From positions 24,929-88,928 of the forward strand of contig JAFZHB010000021.1 in NCBI GenBank assembly GCA_017555105.1: a stretch of 64,000 bases of DNA. Direction: 5' to 3'. Shown here piece after piece: positions 22,903 through 30,855 of this stretch. The notes beneath the pieces are model-generated. The model made no database searches. It had not been told where the DNA came from and saw nothing but the letters and a program-made list of their open reading frames with translations. The translations under genes and the position numbers were made by a program. The DNA is from Alistipes sp. (lineage in GTDB: Bacteria > Bacteroidota > Bacteroidia > Bacteroidales > Rikenellaceae). Each line of letters starts with the position of its first letter. Within the stretch, counting starts at the first letter, position 1.

Positions 22903-23823
22903 TTAGCGGCGCAACCAACGCTCGCAGTCGAGCGCAGCAATGCAACCCGAGCCTGCAGCGGCAATCGCCTGGCGGTAGTGCGGATCCTTCACATCACCAG
23001 CAGCAAAGACACCCTCCACCGAGGTCTTTGAGGTGCCCGGCTCGGTGACGATATAACCCTCCTCGTCGAGCTTCAGTTGTCCGTCGAAGAGCTCCGTTAC
23101 GGGGTGGTGACCGATGGCCAGGAAGAGGCCGGCTACATCGAGCGTGCGCTCCGTGCCGTCCGTCTTGCGTACGCGTACGCCCGTCACACCGCTGTCGTCG
23201 CCAAGCACCTCGGCCGTGTTGTGCTCAAAGAGTACCTCGATATTCGGCGTATCGAATACGCGTTGCTGCATCGCCTGCGAGGCGCGCAGGAAGGGCTTGC
23301 GCACAATCATATAAACCTGACGGCAGAGCGAAGCGAGGTAGGTAGCCTCCTCACAAGCGGTATCACCACCACCTACAACCGCTACATCGCGCTTGCGGTA
23401 GAAGAAACCGTCGCAGGTGGCGCAGGCGCTCACACCCAGACCGCGGAACTTCGTCTCCGAGGGCAGACCGAGGTACTTGGCTGTAGCACCCGTGGCGATG
23501 ATCAGGCTCTCGGCCTCGATCGTCGTGCTCCCCTCGATCTCTACACGGAAGGGACGCTGCGAGAGATCAACCTTCGTAACGCTGCCCGTGCGGATCTGCG
23601 TGCCGAGGTTCTCGGCTTGCTGACGCATGGCCGACATCAACTCGTTGGCGTCGATGCCATGGGCAAAACCCGGGTAGTTCTCGATCAGGGTAGTCGTGGT
23701 GAGCTGGCCACCGGGCTGGATGCCCTCATAGATGACCGGCTGCATATTGGCGCGAGCCAGGTAGATGGCGGCGGTGTAGCCTGCCGGGCCACTGCCGATG
23801 ATTAATGCTTGAATTTTCTCCAT
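22903..23823 (-). CDS. trxB: Thioredoxin-disulfide reductase
   Basis: IIGSGPAGYTAA, SACATCDGFF, VGGGDTACEEA, YRQAI; ATG at 23823. Confidence 0.97.
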   Translation of the reverse strand: MEKIQALIIGSGPAGYTAAIYLARANMQPVIYEGIQPGGQLTTTTLIENYPGFAHGIDANELMSAMRQQAENLGTQIRTGSVTKVDLSQRPFRVEIEGSTTIEAESLIIATGATAKYLGLPSETKFRGLGVSACATCDGFFYRKRDVAVVGGGDTACEEATYLASLCRQVYMIVRKPFLRASQAMQQRVFDTPNIEVLFEHNTAEVLGDDSGVTGVRVRKTDGTERTLDVAGLFLAIGHHPVTELFDGQLKLDEEGYIVTEPGTSKTSVEGVFAAGDVKDPHYRQAIAAAGSGCIAALDCERWLRR

Positions 23824-23854
23824 AGTCTTGTTTATCTGTATTTTATCGTTTTCT

Positions 23855-24823
23855 TTATACTTCGTAGGTTGTTCCAAAGGGCGTGAGTTGACGCCCCATG
23901 TAGTCGAAGCGTGCCCACAATCCGCCCTGGCGTGCCTGAATCAGGGTCTCGGCAGCGTGGTACTCGACGACCTCGTAGATGGGTGGTAGCACAAATCGTC
24001 CTTCGCGGTCGATGAGTCCCATCCCCTGCTCGGTCTGTACGACGGCTCTTCCCTCGTGGAAATCATCCGCCCAGCAGAAACGCGGGGCGATGATGTAGCG
24101 GTTTGCAGCATCCACATAGCCGAAACCCTCAGTGTCCTCTACGCAGATCAACCCCTCAAATTCATGGCCGACCCACTTGTGCCCGATCAGCTTCGGGATT
24201 GGGTCGTAGGGTAGGTCGCAGTCCGAGACGAAGTGTTCGTCGTCGCCTGCCAGCTCCGTGTAGATCGCCTCCAGTGCGCGGTGATCCCTCTCCGAAGCCC
24301 CACCGAGTGTGGCGTCAAAGTAGCGGATCGGCACCAAGCGACCATTCGCCCAGCGGAGGTTCTCCGCTTTGAGGTTGTTGTGTGCCAGGTTTAACGCCTC
24401 GAGGTCGCGCTTGAGTTGTTCAATCGCCTCCTCCAATTCTTGCGACGAGAGACGGAATACGGCCTCTTCGAGCGCAGCCCCGGGTAAAGCCTGCAGCACG
24501 AGGTTCACGGTGCGTACTACTCCCTCCGGCGTGAAGAAGCGCCCCTCACCGGGTAACCAGCGTACGGCAGCCAGAGCGGGGTGATTGAGGCGTTGCAGGG
24601 CTGTCAGTGTGCGCTCACATTGCGCGGCAGCAGCCGTGGAGAGCGGCATCGACAGGAGGTAGCGTGCGCCATCGAGGGTGATCTCAGCCTCGACATAGCG
24701 GGTCGTGCGTCGCAGAATCGGAAGTCCGTCGCTGCCACAAACAACCTTGGCTCGTTGCAGTGTGGTGAACGAGTCGGCGGGCGAGCGGAGCGCCTGCATG
24801 AATTGATGGATGGTCGGCAGCAT
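23855..24823 (-). CDS. Degenerate protein-kinase-like domain fused to C-terminal WG repeats (probable pseudokinase)
   Basis: AHNNLKAEN in place of HGDLKPxN; WG-type repeats (FGYVD, ADDFHEGRAVV, MGLIDREG); paralogous to 27487-28632. Confidence 0.7.
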   Translation of the reverse strand: MLPTIHQFMQALRSPADSFTTLQRAKVVCGSDGLPILRRTTRYVEAEITLDGARYLLSMPLSTAAAAQCERTLTALQRLNHPALAAVRWLPGEGRFFTPEGVVRTVNLVLQALPGAALEEAVFRLSSQELEEAIEQLKRDLEALNLAHNNLKAENLRWANGRLVPIRYFDATLGGASERDHRALEAIYTELAGDDEHFVSDCDLPYDPIPKLIGHKWVGHEFEGLICVEDTEGFGYVDAANRYIIAPRFCWADDFHEGRAVVQTEQGMGLIDREGRFVLPPIYEVVEYHAAETLIQARQGGLWARFDYMGRQLTPFGTTYEV

Positions 24824-24825
24824 GG

Positions 24826-25683
24826 CTATTCGGTCTTTACGCTGATGGATCCAATATCGAGCATTGCCACGACATCCGCTACCGAGGCGTTGAAACTCAT
24901 GCCTCGGAAGGGTGGTTCGGCTTGAAGCCCTTTGATCGATCGGATCGCCTCGTTGAAGCAGGCTGGCATCTCGCTCGAACAGCTATAGAGCAGGTGCGCA
25001 TGGCGACTCATCTCGCCCAACTCGTTGGCCGAAGGGAAACAGCAACCGGAGGTACTGGTGGCGGGTGCAATGTGGATGTTTAACAAGAGTACATTACCCT
25101 CGGTGGTAGCCAACGAACGAATCTCCTCGGCTACCCCGTAGAGGTCGTTGTCGGTACCGTCCGTCGCCTCGCCATCGGTGATGTTGAAGACCACGGGCGG
25201 AAACGAAGCAGCATTCTCAGGGCGCAGCACCCACTCCTTGAGCAGGTCGCGTGCTATGCGCAATGCCTCGAGCATGGGCGTCTGGCCCGTGCAGTGAGGC
25301 TTGACCCACTGCGGCGTGCAGAACTCGCGCTGGGCAATCGAGCCGTCGGGCTGACGCATATCGATCAATTGGCGATGCAGATCGATGGGCTTGGCTGCCA
25401 GCTCGGCAACCGACATCATGGGTCGCTCGGCATCCAGTAGCGCGTAGACACGGTCATCGCCGCCGTAACCCAATACGGCAATATCGTAGTAGTCGCGCAC
25501 CCCCTCTGTGCGGCGGGCACGCTCGATCAGTTCGAAGATTAGTTCGTTGGTGATGGTGGCCACAGCCTCCGCTTTCGACTGGGTGCGGCCACGAAACAGT
25601 AGCTCCTCAGCCATGGATCCCGACCCGTCGATCAGCAGGATGAATGCTGTGCGGTGAGCGCGCGTAATGCTTTGACTATACAT
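24826..25683 (-). CDS. von Willebrand factor A (vWA) domain protein, TerY-like
   Basis: MIDAS DGSGSM, GQTPM, NITDGEATD. Confidence 0.85.
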   Translation of the reverse strand: MYSQSITRAHRTAFILLIDGSGSMAEELLFRGRTQSKAEAVATITNELIFELIERARRTEGVRDYYDIAVLGYGGDDRVYALLDAERPMMSVAELAAKPIDLHRQLIDMRQPDGSIAQREFCTPQWVKPHCTGQTPMLEALRIARDLLKEWVLRPENAASFPPVVFNITDGEATDGTDNDLYGVAEEIRSLATTEGNVLLLNIHIAPATSTSGCCFPSANELGEMSRHAHLLYSCSSEMPACFNEAIRSIKGLQAEPPFRGMSFNASVADVVAMLDIGSISVKTE

Positions 25684-25717
25684 GCACGAAAAAGGATAGA
25701 TGGGTGAGTGAAATTGG

Positions 25718-27439
25718 TTAGTTCAGGCCGCGCACATTGCGGTAATCCTTCATGCGATCTTCGATCGTGTCGCTGTCCAGACCATAACTTACCGACATCT
25801 CGATGCCGCAGTCGCGGCTGCGATCCTGATCGGTCAGCTGGTTGATCTTTGCCTGGGCGTTGCGTCCGGCCTCGATGGCCTCCTGGATCTCCTCCGTCGA
25901 GGGGTAGTGCCCCAAGATCGAGGCGTAGGTCTGCTCGGCCCAGCTGTGGGCGTAGTCGTCGTAGTGTACGGCAAAGACGCGCAGCTCGTTGTCGAGGGCT
26001 GCAAGCGAGGTGATCTCGCCCTGCTCGACGCGATCGATCAGGCGCTCTACGACTTGCTTGGCAATGTACTGACCGGCCATATCGACCCAGCGACCTCCGC
26101 CGTCATAACGCTCCGTGGAGGCTCCCTTCGAGAGCATCTCGCCCAGGGCGGCTACGATGGCGCGGTTGTAGAGTTTGATGCCGCGCTGCAGGGCTGCAGC
26201 ACGAATCTGGACACGGTTGTAGCTGTATACGGGGCTGTCGGGGTTCATCTCCTCGAGTGAGTGGAGCATACCGACGGCACGCACCATACTTCCCGTTGTG
26301 TAGGGGTTCTGCGCCTCGAAGTTGATGATGTCGCGCTTGAGCTTGCGGCGATCGCGCTTCGGCCACTTCTCGATGTCGCGCACCGTGCCATAGCTGGTCA
26401 GGTTCACGGCCGGAAGCAGGAACGAGCGATCCTCCTTTTCGAGCAGGTAGGAGTAGGGAAACACCGAGGTGTCGTGGTGACGCGAGTGGTGTCCCATCAC
26501 CATGGTGAAAGCTCCCTCAATGGCCGGTGCCATGATGTAGGCTCCGCTGGCGAACTTACACCCGCGCGGATGCACCGCCTGGTGCACGGCGCCACTCTTG
26601 AAGAGGTGGTTGCTCTGGTTTGAGGCGCTACCGGCGTTGAAGAAGGAGAACATACCCGCAATGAGCAGCGAGGATTTGTGGTGCGATACGGTGTAGGGAC
26701 CTGCAAAGATCGAGGCGGCCTCGCCGTTCTCGCAGTGTGAATTGGCAAAAAAGAGTGATTCGGCGGCTGTGAAGCCCTTGTCTAGGATGCAGCTCTCGCC
26801 CACGAAGCAACGCTCGAGCGTCACGCCGTTGGCTGCCTTAGCTCCCTCGGCGATGATGAAGTCGTAGGCCTTGACATCTACGCCGACGCGGCTCTCGTCG
26901 AGCAGCGTGCCATTGACCAGCGCCGATGCTCCGTCGATCGTGACGCGGTTGCCGATGCGCAAGTCGCGTAGGAAGCGAGCTCCTGAGATGATGCTCTCCT
27001 CACCCACCGTGCCGATTGAGTCGGCGCGCTCCTCGGCTACCGCTTTGACCATCGCCTCCATGCGTTCGATGAAGAGTGGGCGGTGGCGGTAGATCGCCAT
27101 CATGTAGGCTGCCTGGGCGCTCATTGTGTCACAGATGCGCACGGTGCGACCCTCGCACTCGTTCATCGTGGCCACGCCGACATAGTTGCCGAAGTGGCTC
27201 TGCTCGCGGCATCGCAGCTCGGTCACCTGCTCCACGAGCGAGCGGTCGCCGATGCGGTAGTTGGCTACATAGGAGCGAATGATGCGTGCTCCGCTACCCA
27301 ACTCCACAGTGCCGGCCAGGCGGCTCTGTTGCAGCTGTTCGGGGCGGAAATCCTCCGAAACGAGGATCTTGGACCAATCCTCAGCGGTTGTTCCGAGCCG
27401 TTCTACGGCCTCTATTTCCTTGCTTGTCAGTCTTCTCAT
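25718..27439 (-). CDS. DUF4954-family left-handed beta-helix protein
   Basis: ENGEAASIFAGPYTVSHHKSSLLIAGMFSFFNAGSASNQSNH and GTVRDIEKWPKRDRR blocks recognised from this Bacteroidota family. Confidence 0.8.
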   Translation of the reverse strand: MRRLTSKEIEAVERLGTTAEDWSKILVSEDFRPEQLQQSRLAGTVELGSGARIIRSYVANYRIGDRSLVEQVTELRCREQSHFGNYVGVATMNECEGRTVRICDTMSAQAAYMMAIYRHRPLFIERMEAMVKAVAEERADSIGTVGEESIISGARFLRDLRIGNRVTIDGASALVNGTLLDESRVGVDVKAYDFIIAEGAKAANGVTLERCFVGESCILDKGFTAAESLFFANSHCENGEAASIFAGPYTVSHHKSSLLIAGMFSFFNAGSASNQSNHLFKSGAVHQAVHPRGCKFASGAYIMAPAIEGAFTMVMGHHSRHHDTSVFPYSYLLEKEDRSFLLPAVNLTSYGTVRDIEKWPKRDRRKLKRDIINFEAQNPYTTGSMVRAVGMLHSLEEMNPDSPVYSYNRVQIRAAALQRGIKLYNRAIVAALGEMLSKGASTERYDGGGRWVDMAGQYIAKQVVERLIDRVEQGEITSLAALDNELRVFAVHYDDYAHSWAEQTYASILGHYPSTEEIQEAIEAGRNAQAKINQLTDQDRSRDCGIEMSVSYGLDSDTIEDRMKDYRNVRGLN

Positions 27440-27486
27440 TCCCCGAAGTGGCTATCAATTACTGCGCAAATATACGCAAAAACGAA

Positions 27487-28632
27487 TTAAAAATCAAACA
27501 ACTTACCCTCCTTATCCATCTTGTAGCGTTTCTCGTCGGTTGTGATGGTGGCAAAACCGTTGAAAAAGGAGCTGACCGATTGGCAGGGCGGACAGTGTAA
27601 GATGACGCTGCCCGTGATGTCGATGAAGTGCCAATGACCGCCGATAGAGACGGCGGCTAACCCCTCCGAAAAGTCGCACGCCCAGTCGTAGACGGGTGGT
27701 GTGAGCAGGCCTTGCACCGAGCCGTAACCCCACCGGCCAAGCTCTACGAAAGGAGTTGGTAGTGAGTGCGGTATGGATTCCTCGTCGCGTGTTAGGGTGC
27801 GGAAGAGTTGTAGCAGATCACGCTGCGCGAAGACGGGGCGCTGAAGCCCTTGTGCGATGCGGTAGGAGAGAGCCTCTCCGGCTCGGGCAAAACACTCGAG
27901 CGCCTCCTGCAGGGCGGGGTCTTGGTGGATCTTGCGGGGATCGAACAGCAGACCGTCGCGCTCCCCATAGCGGTCGTAGAGCGTGGGGTCGAGTGCCAAG
28001 GCGTGCAGGGCAGAGGAGATCAGTGCTGCAGGGTAGTCGTCGAGTCGTTCGTTGAAATCCTCGGCGGTGCGAGCCGGGTGTTGAAAGGCGGCGGTGCCCA
28101 ACTCGGGTGAGGTCATGCCGCAAAAGGCTGGGAGAAAGGTGGCATCGCGGTCGATCAGGTGCAGATTGCCCTCCTGATCGAGGATCATGTTGTCAGGCTT
28201 CAGGTCGCCGTGTGCCCAATTGTCGGCCAGTAGTTTGCAGGCTAACTGATCGAAGCGCTTGGCCAGGCGCAGCAGCGCCTCGCGATCGTGTGCTCGGGCG
28301 GCGGTGTGAATCGCCTCCGAGAGGCTCACCCCTTCGATCCAGTCGGTCAGCACGACATCGACCCAGCAGCCACTTTCGGGCGTGTCGTAGAGGAAGAGCT
28401 CCTCGTGGAGCAAAGCCTTGCCGTAGATGGCTTCCAGATTCGGGCGGGGACGGAAATAGCAGCGCAGGGCGCGCTGTCGGCCGTGGTGCAAGATGCGAAA
28501 GACGGCCGCGGTGTTACCGACCGAGTAGAGCGGTGCCCCCGTGGCTGTACGACACAACTCAATCTCGCCCAGCGAGCGGGTCAGCCCGTGGGGATCGGAG
28601 AGCGAGAAGAGATATTGGCGCAGCGAAGGCAT
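27487..28632 (-). CDS. Ser/Thr protein kinase-like domain plus C-terminal WG repeats
   Basis: SVGNTAAVFRI, HGDLKPDN, LIDRD, ELGTAAFQHPAR; WG repeats (WGY, DFSEGLAAV, FID). Confidence 0.8.
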   Translation of the reverse strand: MPSLRQYLFSLSDPHGLTRSLGEIELCRTATGAPLYSVGNTAAVFRILHHGRQRALRCYFRPRPNLEAIYGKALLHEELFLYDTPESGCWVDVVLTDWIEGVSLSEAIHTAARAHDREALLRLAKRFDQLACKLLADNWAHGDLKPDNMILDQEGNLHLIDRDATFLPAFCGMTSPELGTAAFQHPARTAEDFNERLDDYPAALISSALHALALDPTLYDRYGERDGLLFDPRKIHQDPALQEALECFARAGEALSYRIAQGLQRPVFAQRDLLQLFRTLTRDEESIPHSLPTPFVELGRWGYGSVQGLLTPPVYDWACDFSEGLAAVSIGGHWHFIDITGSVILHCPPCQSVSSFFNGFATITTDEKRYKMDKEGKLFDF

Positions 28633-28656
28633 CGTGGGGAGGTGTGTGTAGAATGC

Positions 28657-28692
28657 AAAAAGCTGCCCGTCGTTGACCGCGGGCAGCTTTTT
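28657..28692 (-). terminator. Terminator after slyD
   Basis: AAAAAGCTGCCCG ... CGGGCAGCTTTTT. Confidence 0.7.
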
Positions 28693-28704
28693 ATGCGTGT
28701 TGGT

Positions 28705-29259
28705 TTAGTGGCAGTGGCCGCAGTCGCAACCCTCGTGGTGGTCGCCGTGGCAACCCTCCTCGCCGCACTCGCCGCCGCAGTGGCCGCACGAGCAGCTGCC
28801 CTGCAGATCCTCGGGCGTTACATCGCGTACCGAGATCACCTCCACCTCGAAGTTCAGCGTCTTGCCGGCCATCGGGTGGTTGAAGTCCATCGTCACGGTC
28901 TCCTCGCTGACAGCCTTCACCAGACCCAACATGCGGTTGCCCTGAGCGTCAGCCATCGGAATCTGCGAACCCTCGAAGAGGATATCCTCGGCTACCTTGC
29001 CGTCTACCATGAAGATCGTCTTCGGCAGCTCAACGATTGCCTCGGCAATCACCTCGCCGTAACCATCCTTGGCCTCGAGCGTGAAAGCAACCTTCTCGCC
29101 GGGCTCCTTGCCCTCAATGGCAGCCTCGAACTTCGGGAGCAACATGCCCGTACCGAAGATGAACTCCAGGGGCTGACCCGGACGCGACTGATCGGCTACC
29201 TGGCCGTCTACGGTGAGCTTGTAATCTACAGCCACCATCTTATTCATCTCTACTTTCAT
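28705..29259 (-). CDS. slyD: FKBP-type peptidyl-prolyl isomerase, SlyD-like, with Cys/His-rich tail
   Basis: PLEFIFGTG, DFNHPMAGKTLNFEVEV, CSCGHCGG...HHEGCDCGHCH. Confidence 0.93.
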   Translation of the reverse strand: MKVEMNKMVAVDYKLTVDGQVADQSRPGQPLEFIFGTGMLLPKFEAAIEGKEPGEKVAFTLEAKDGYGEVIAEAIVELPKTIFMVDGKVAEDILFEGSQIPMADAQGNRMLGLVKAVSEETVTMDFNHPMAGKTLNFEVEVISVRDVTPEDLQGSCSCGHCGGECGEEGCHGDHHEGCDCGHCH

Positions 29260-29364
29260 AAGCTTCAAATTATCTAAATGTTCTTGTTGTTCAAACTACG
29301 CCGACAAAGATACGCACTTTGCGCGGAGTTGCCAAATTTTGTGCAGTTTTTTGTTGGGTGCAGG

Positions 29365-29445
29365 ATTGGTGGGGTGGGTTTTATTGGTAGAATAGGTGAA
29401 ATAGATCGTCCTATTAAACCTATCATGCCAATTTTACCTATGCCG
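29365..29445. repeat. Mirrored degenerate 9-bp repeats
   Basis: ATTGG/ATAGG-initiated 9-mers followed by CCTAT/CCAAT-initiated 9-mers. Confidence 0.5.
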
Positions 29446-29793
29446 TTTGTGCAACGAACTGCTTTCTGCGAGTAGCCTGCACCCCTGCGGCAGTGGGTCG
29501 ATCTGCTTACCGTGGGTATTGTTTTTAATACCCATGAAGGCGGATTTCCTTCCCTTGATTATTAACCGTAGCCAAGATGGTTTCGGGTATTGTTTTTAAT
29601 ACCCGCCTATGGGGGCTGCTTGTTCACCCGTAGTGCGACCCTCGGTTATGGTGGGTATTGTTTTTAATACCCGAGAAAGGTGAAATTCTATCTCTTGGTT
29701 ATTGCCTGCATCTCCGAGTGTTATGGGTATTGTTTTTAATACCCGCGGAGTAGGGCAGTAGTGCACGCATCAGGAGTCAGAAGCCGAGCCAAC

Positions 29794-30018
29794 TTAAAGC
29801 CGAACTTTCGTGAGCTCTTCGCCCAGCGTGTGTAGGTAGTTCTCGATATCGCGGAGTCGCTCGAAGGAGGGACGCTTACGCCCGTTGATATAGTTCTGAA
29901 ACAGCGTCTCGTTGATGTTCATGGCACGCGCTACCTGTCGTCCGTTTAATTCGGGGAATCGAGTGAAGAGTGCTCCTACGGGATTCTCTTCGTCGGGTAC
30001 AATCGATCGGTCTTTCAT
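29794..30018 (-). CDS. Small XRE/Cro-like HTH protein (74 aa), resembling the C-terminal HTH of Bacteroidota DUF2442-type antitoxins
   Basis: NPVGALFTRFPELNGRQVARAMNINETLFQNYINGRKRPSFER; ATG at 30018 with TATCTTTG promoter ~40 bp upstream. Confidence 0.8.
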   Translation of the reverse strand: MKDRSIVPDEENPVGALFTRFPELNGRQVARAMNINETLFQNYINGRKRPSFERLRDIENYLHTLGEELTKVRL

Positions 30019-30057
30019 AGAGTCGTGTTGATCTAAGGTTGTCGAATGTTCAACACC

Positions 30058-30065
30058 CAAAGATA
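30058..30065 (-). promoter_or_regulatory. -7 promoter element of the HTH gene, overlapping the edge of repeat 5
   Basis: Minus strand reads TATCTTTG (TAnnTTTG consensus). Confidence 0.65.
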
Positions 30066-30630
30066 GGTATTCTTTTTAATACCCACAAGGAGAGTTGGCG
30101 AAAATGATTGTTATAACAGCTCGCATTTTAGATGCGCCTTCGGATTGAGGATTTTCTATACCACTCCCAAGTTGCAGCCAGTCGTTTTTTTCTTGTGAAT
30201 ACCTTGCATCAATAATTTCGGTGGGTATTATTTTTAATACCCGCGTGTGGAGGACGACTCTTGTGCTCATATCACTATGGCCTGTTTCTGTCGGGTATTA
30301 TTTTTAATACCCGCGCGTTGAGGTGGTGCTCCAATGCTGCGAAAGAGAGCCCCTTTCTATCTGTTGGGTATTGTTTTTAATACCCACGCATTGGGGAAGC
30401 CTCCGCTATGGGGAAATGGCGCCTCTCCTTTTTGACTTATATGGTGAGCGCCCCATAGAGTTTGGGTATTGTTTTTAATACCCGCGAGGGGTGGGAAACG
30501 GTGTTGGGGCTTGGTTGCCATCGATCATGAATGGTTAAGTTTTTGGACACATGTTTGGAAAAATCGAAAAATATCCCTATATTTGACACACGATCCGCAA
30601 GGATTGACATATTAGATGGCATTTAGGCTA

Positions 30631-30779
30631 TTGGCTTGCAACGAAAACGACCAATTTTAAAAGCAAACACACCAATAGGCACGATAATGCCCTCGCCGTA
30701 TGGCGTGGGTTGTGCTTATGTGTTTGTAGGTGCTTGGTCGTACCTCGTTGCAGTAAGTCCGATCCACGTTTCTTTTTTT
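30631..30779 (+). ncRNA. Candidate rod-like structured RNA or leader upstream of the lipoprotein gene
   Basis: TATATTTG promoter at 30578-30585; nested stems TGCAACGA/TCGTTGCA, ACGACCAA/TTGGTCGT, AAACAC/GTGTTT, ATAGGCACGA/TTGTGCTTAT; T-run afterwards. Confidence 0.5.
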
Positions 30780-30855
30780 GAGTTAAACGGTTGCCATCTG
30801 ACGGCAAGAGTGCGCACAGCACAATTATATGTTTAACGTAAATTTAATGAATGTT

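Larger units (their letters stand above)
29514..30483 (+). repeat. CRISPR-like array of nine 20-bp palindromic repeats GGGTATT(G/A)TTTTTAATACCC with mostly 48-53 bp spacers; no cas genes; interrupted by an HTH gene
   Basis: Copies start at 29514, 29585, 29653, 29725, 30065 (2 changes), 30223, 30293, 30366, 30464. Confidence 0.93.

Noticed and set aside
29514-30483. Calling the palindrome array a canonical CRISPR
   Set aside because: Repeat is only 20 bp, spacers are related to each other, a gene interrupts the array and no cas genes are in the window; recorded as a repeat of unknown class.
30076-30622. ORFs 30076-30270 and 30437-30622 on the minus strand
   Set aside because: They read through the repeats (RVLKIIP, RVLKTIP), have no recognisable domain and are likely incidental.
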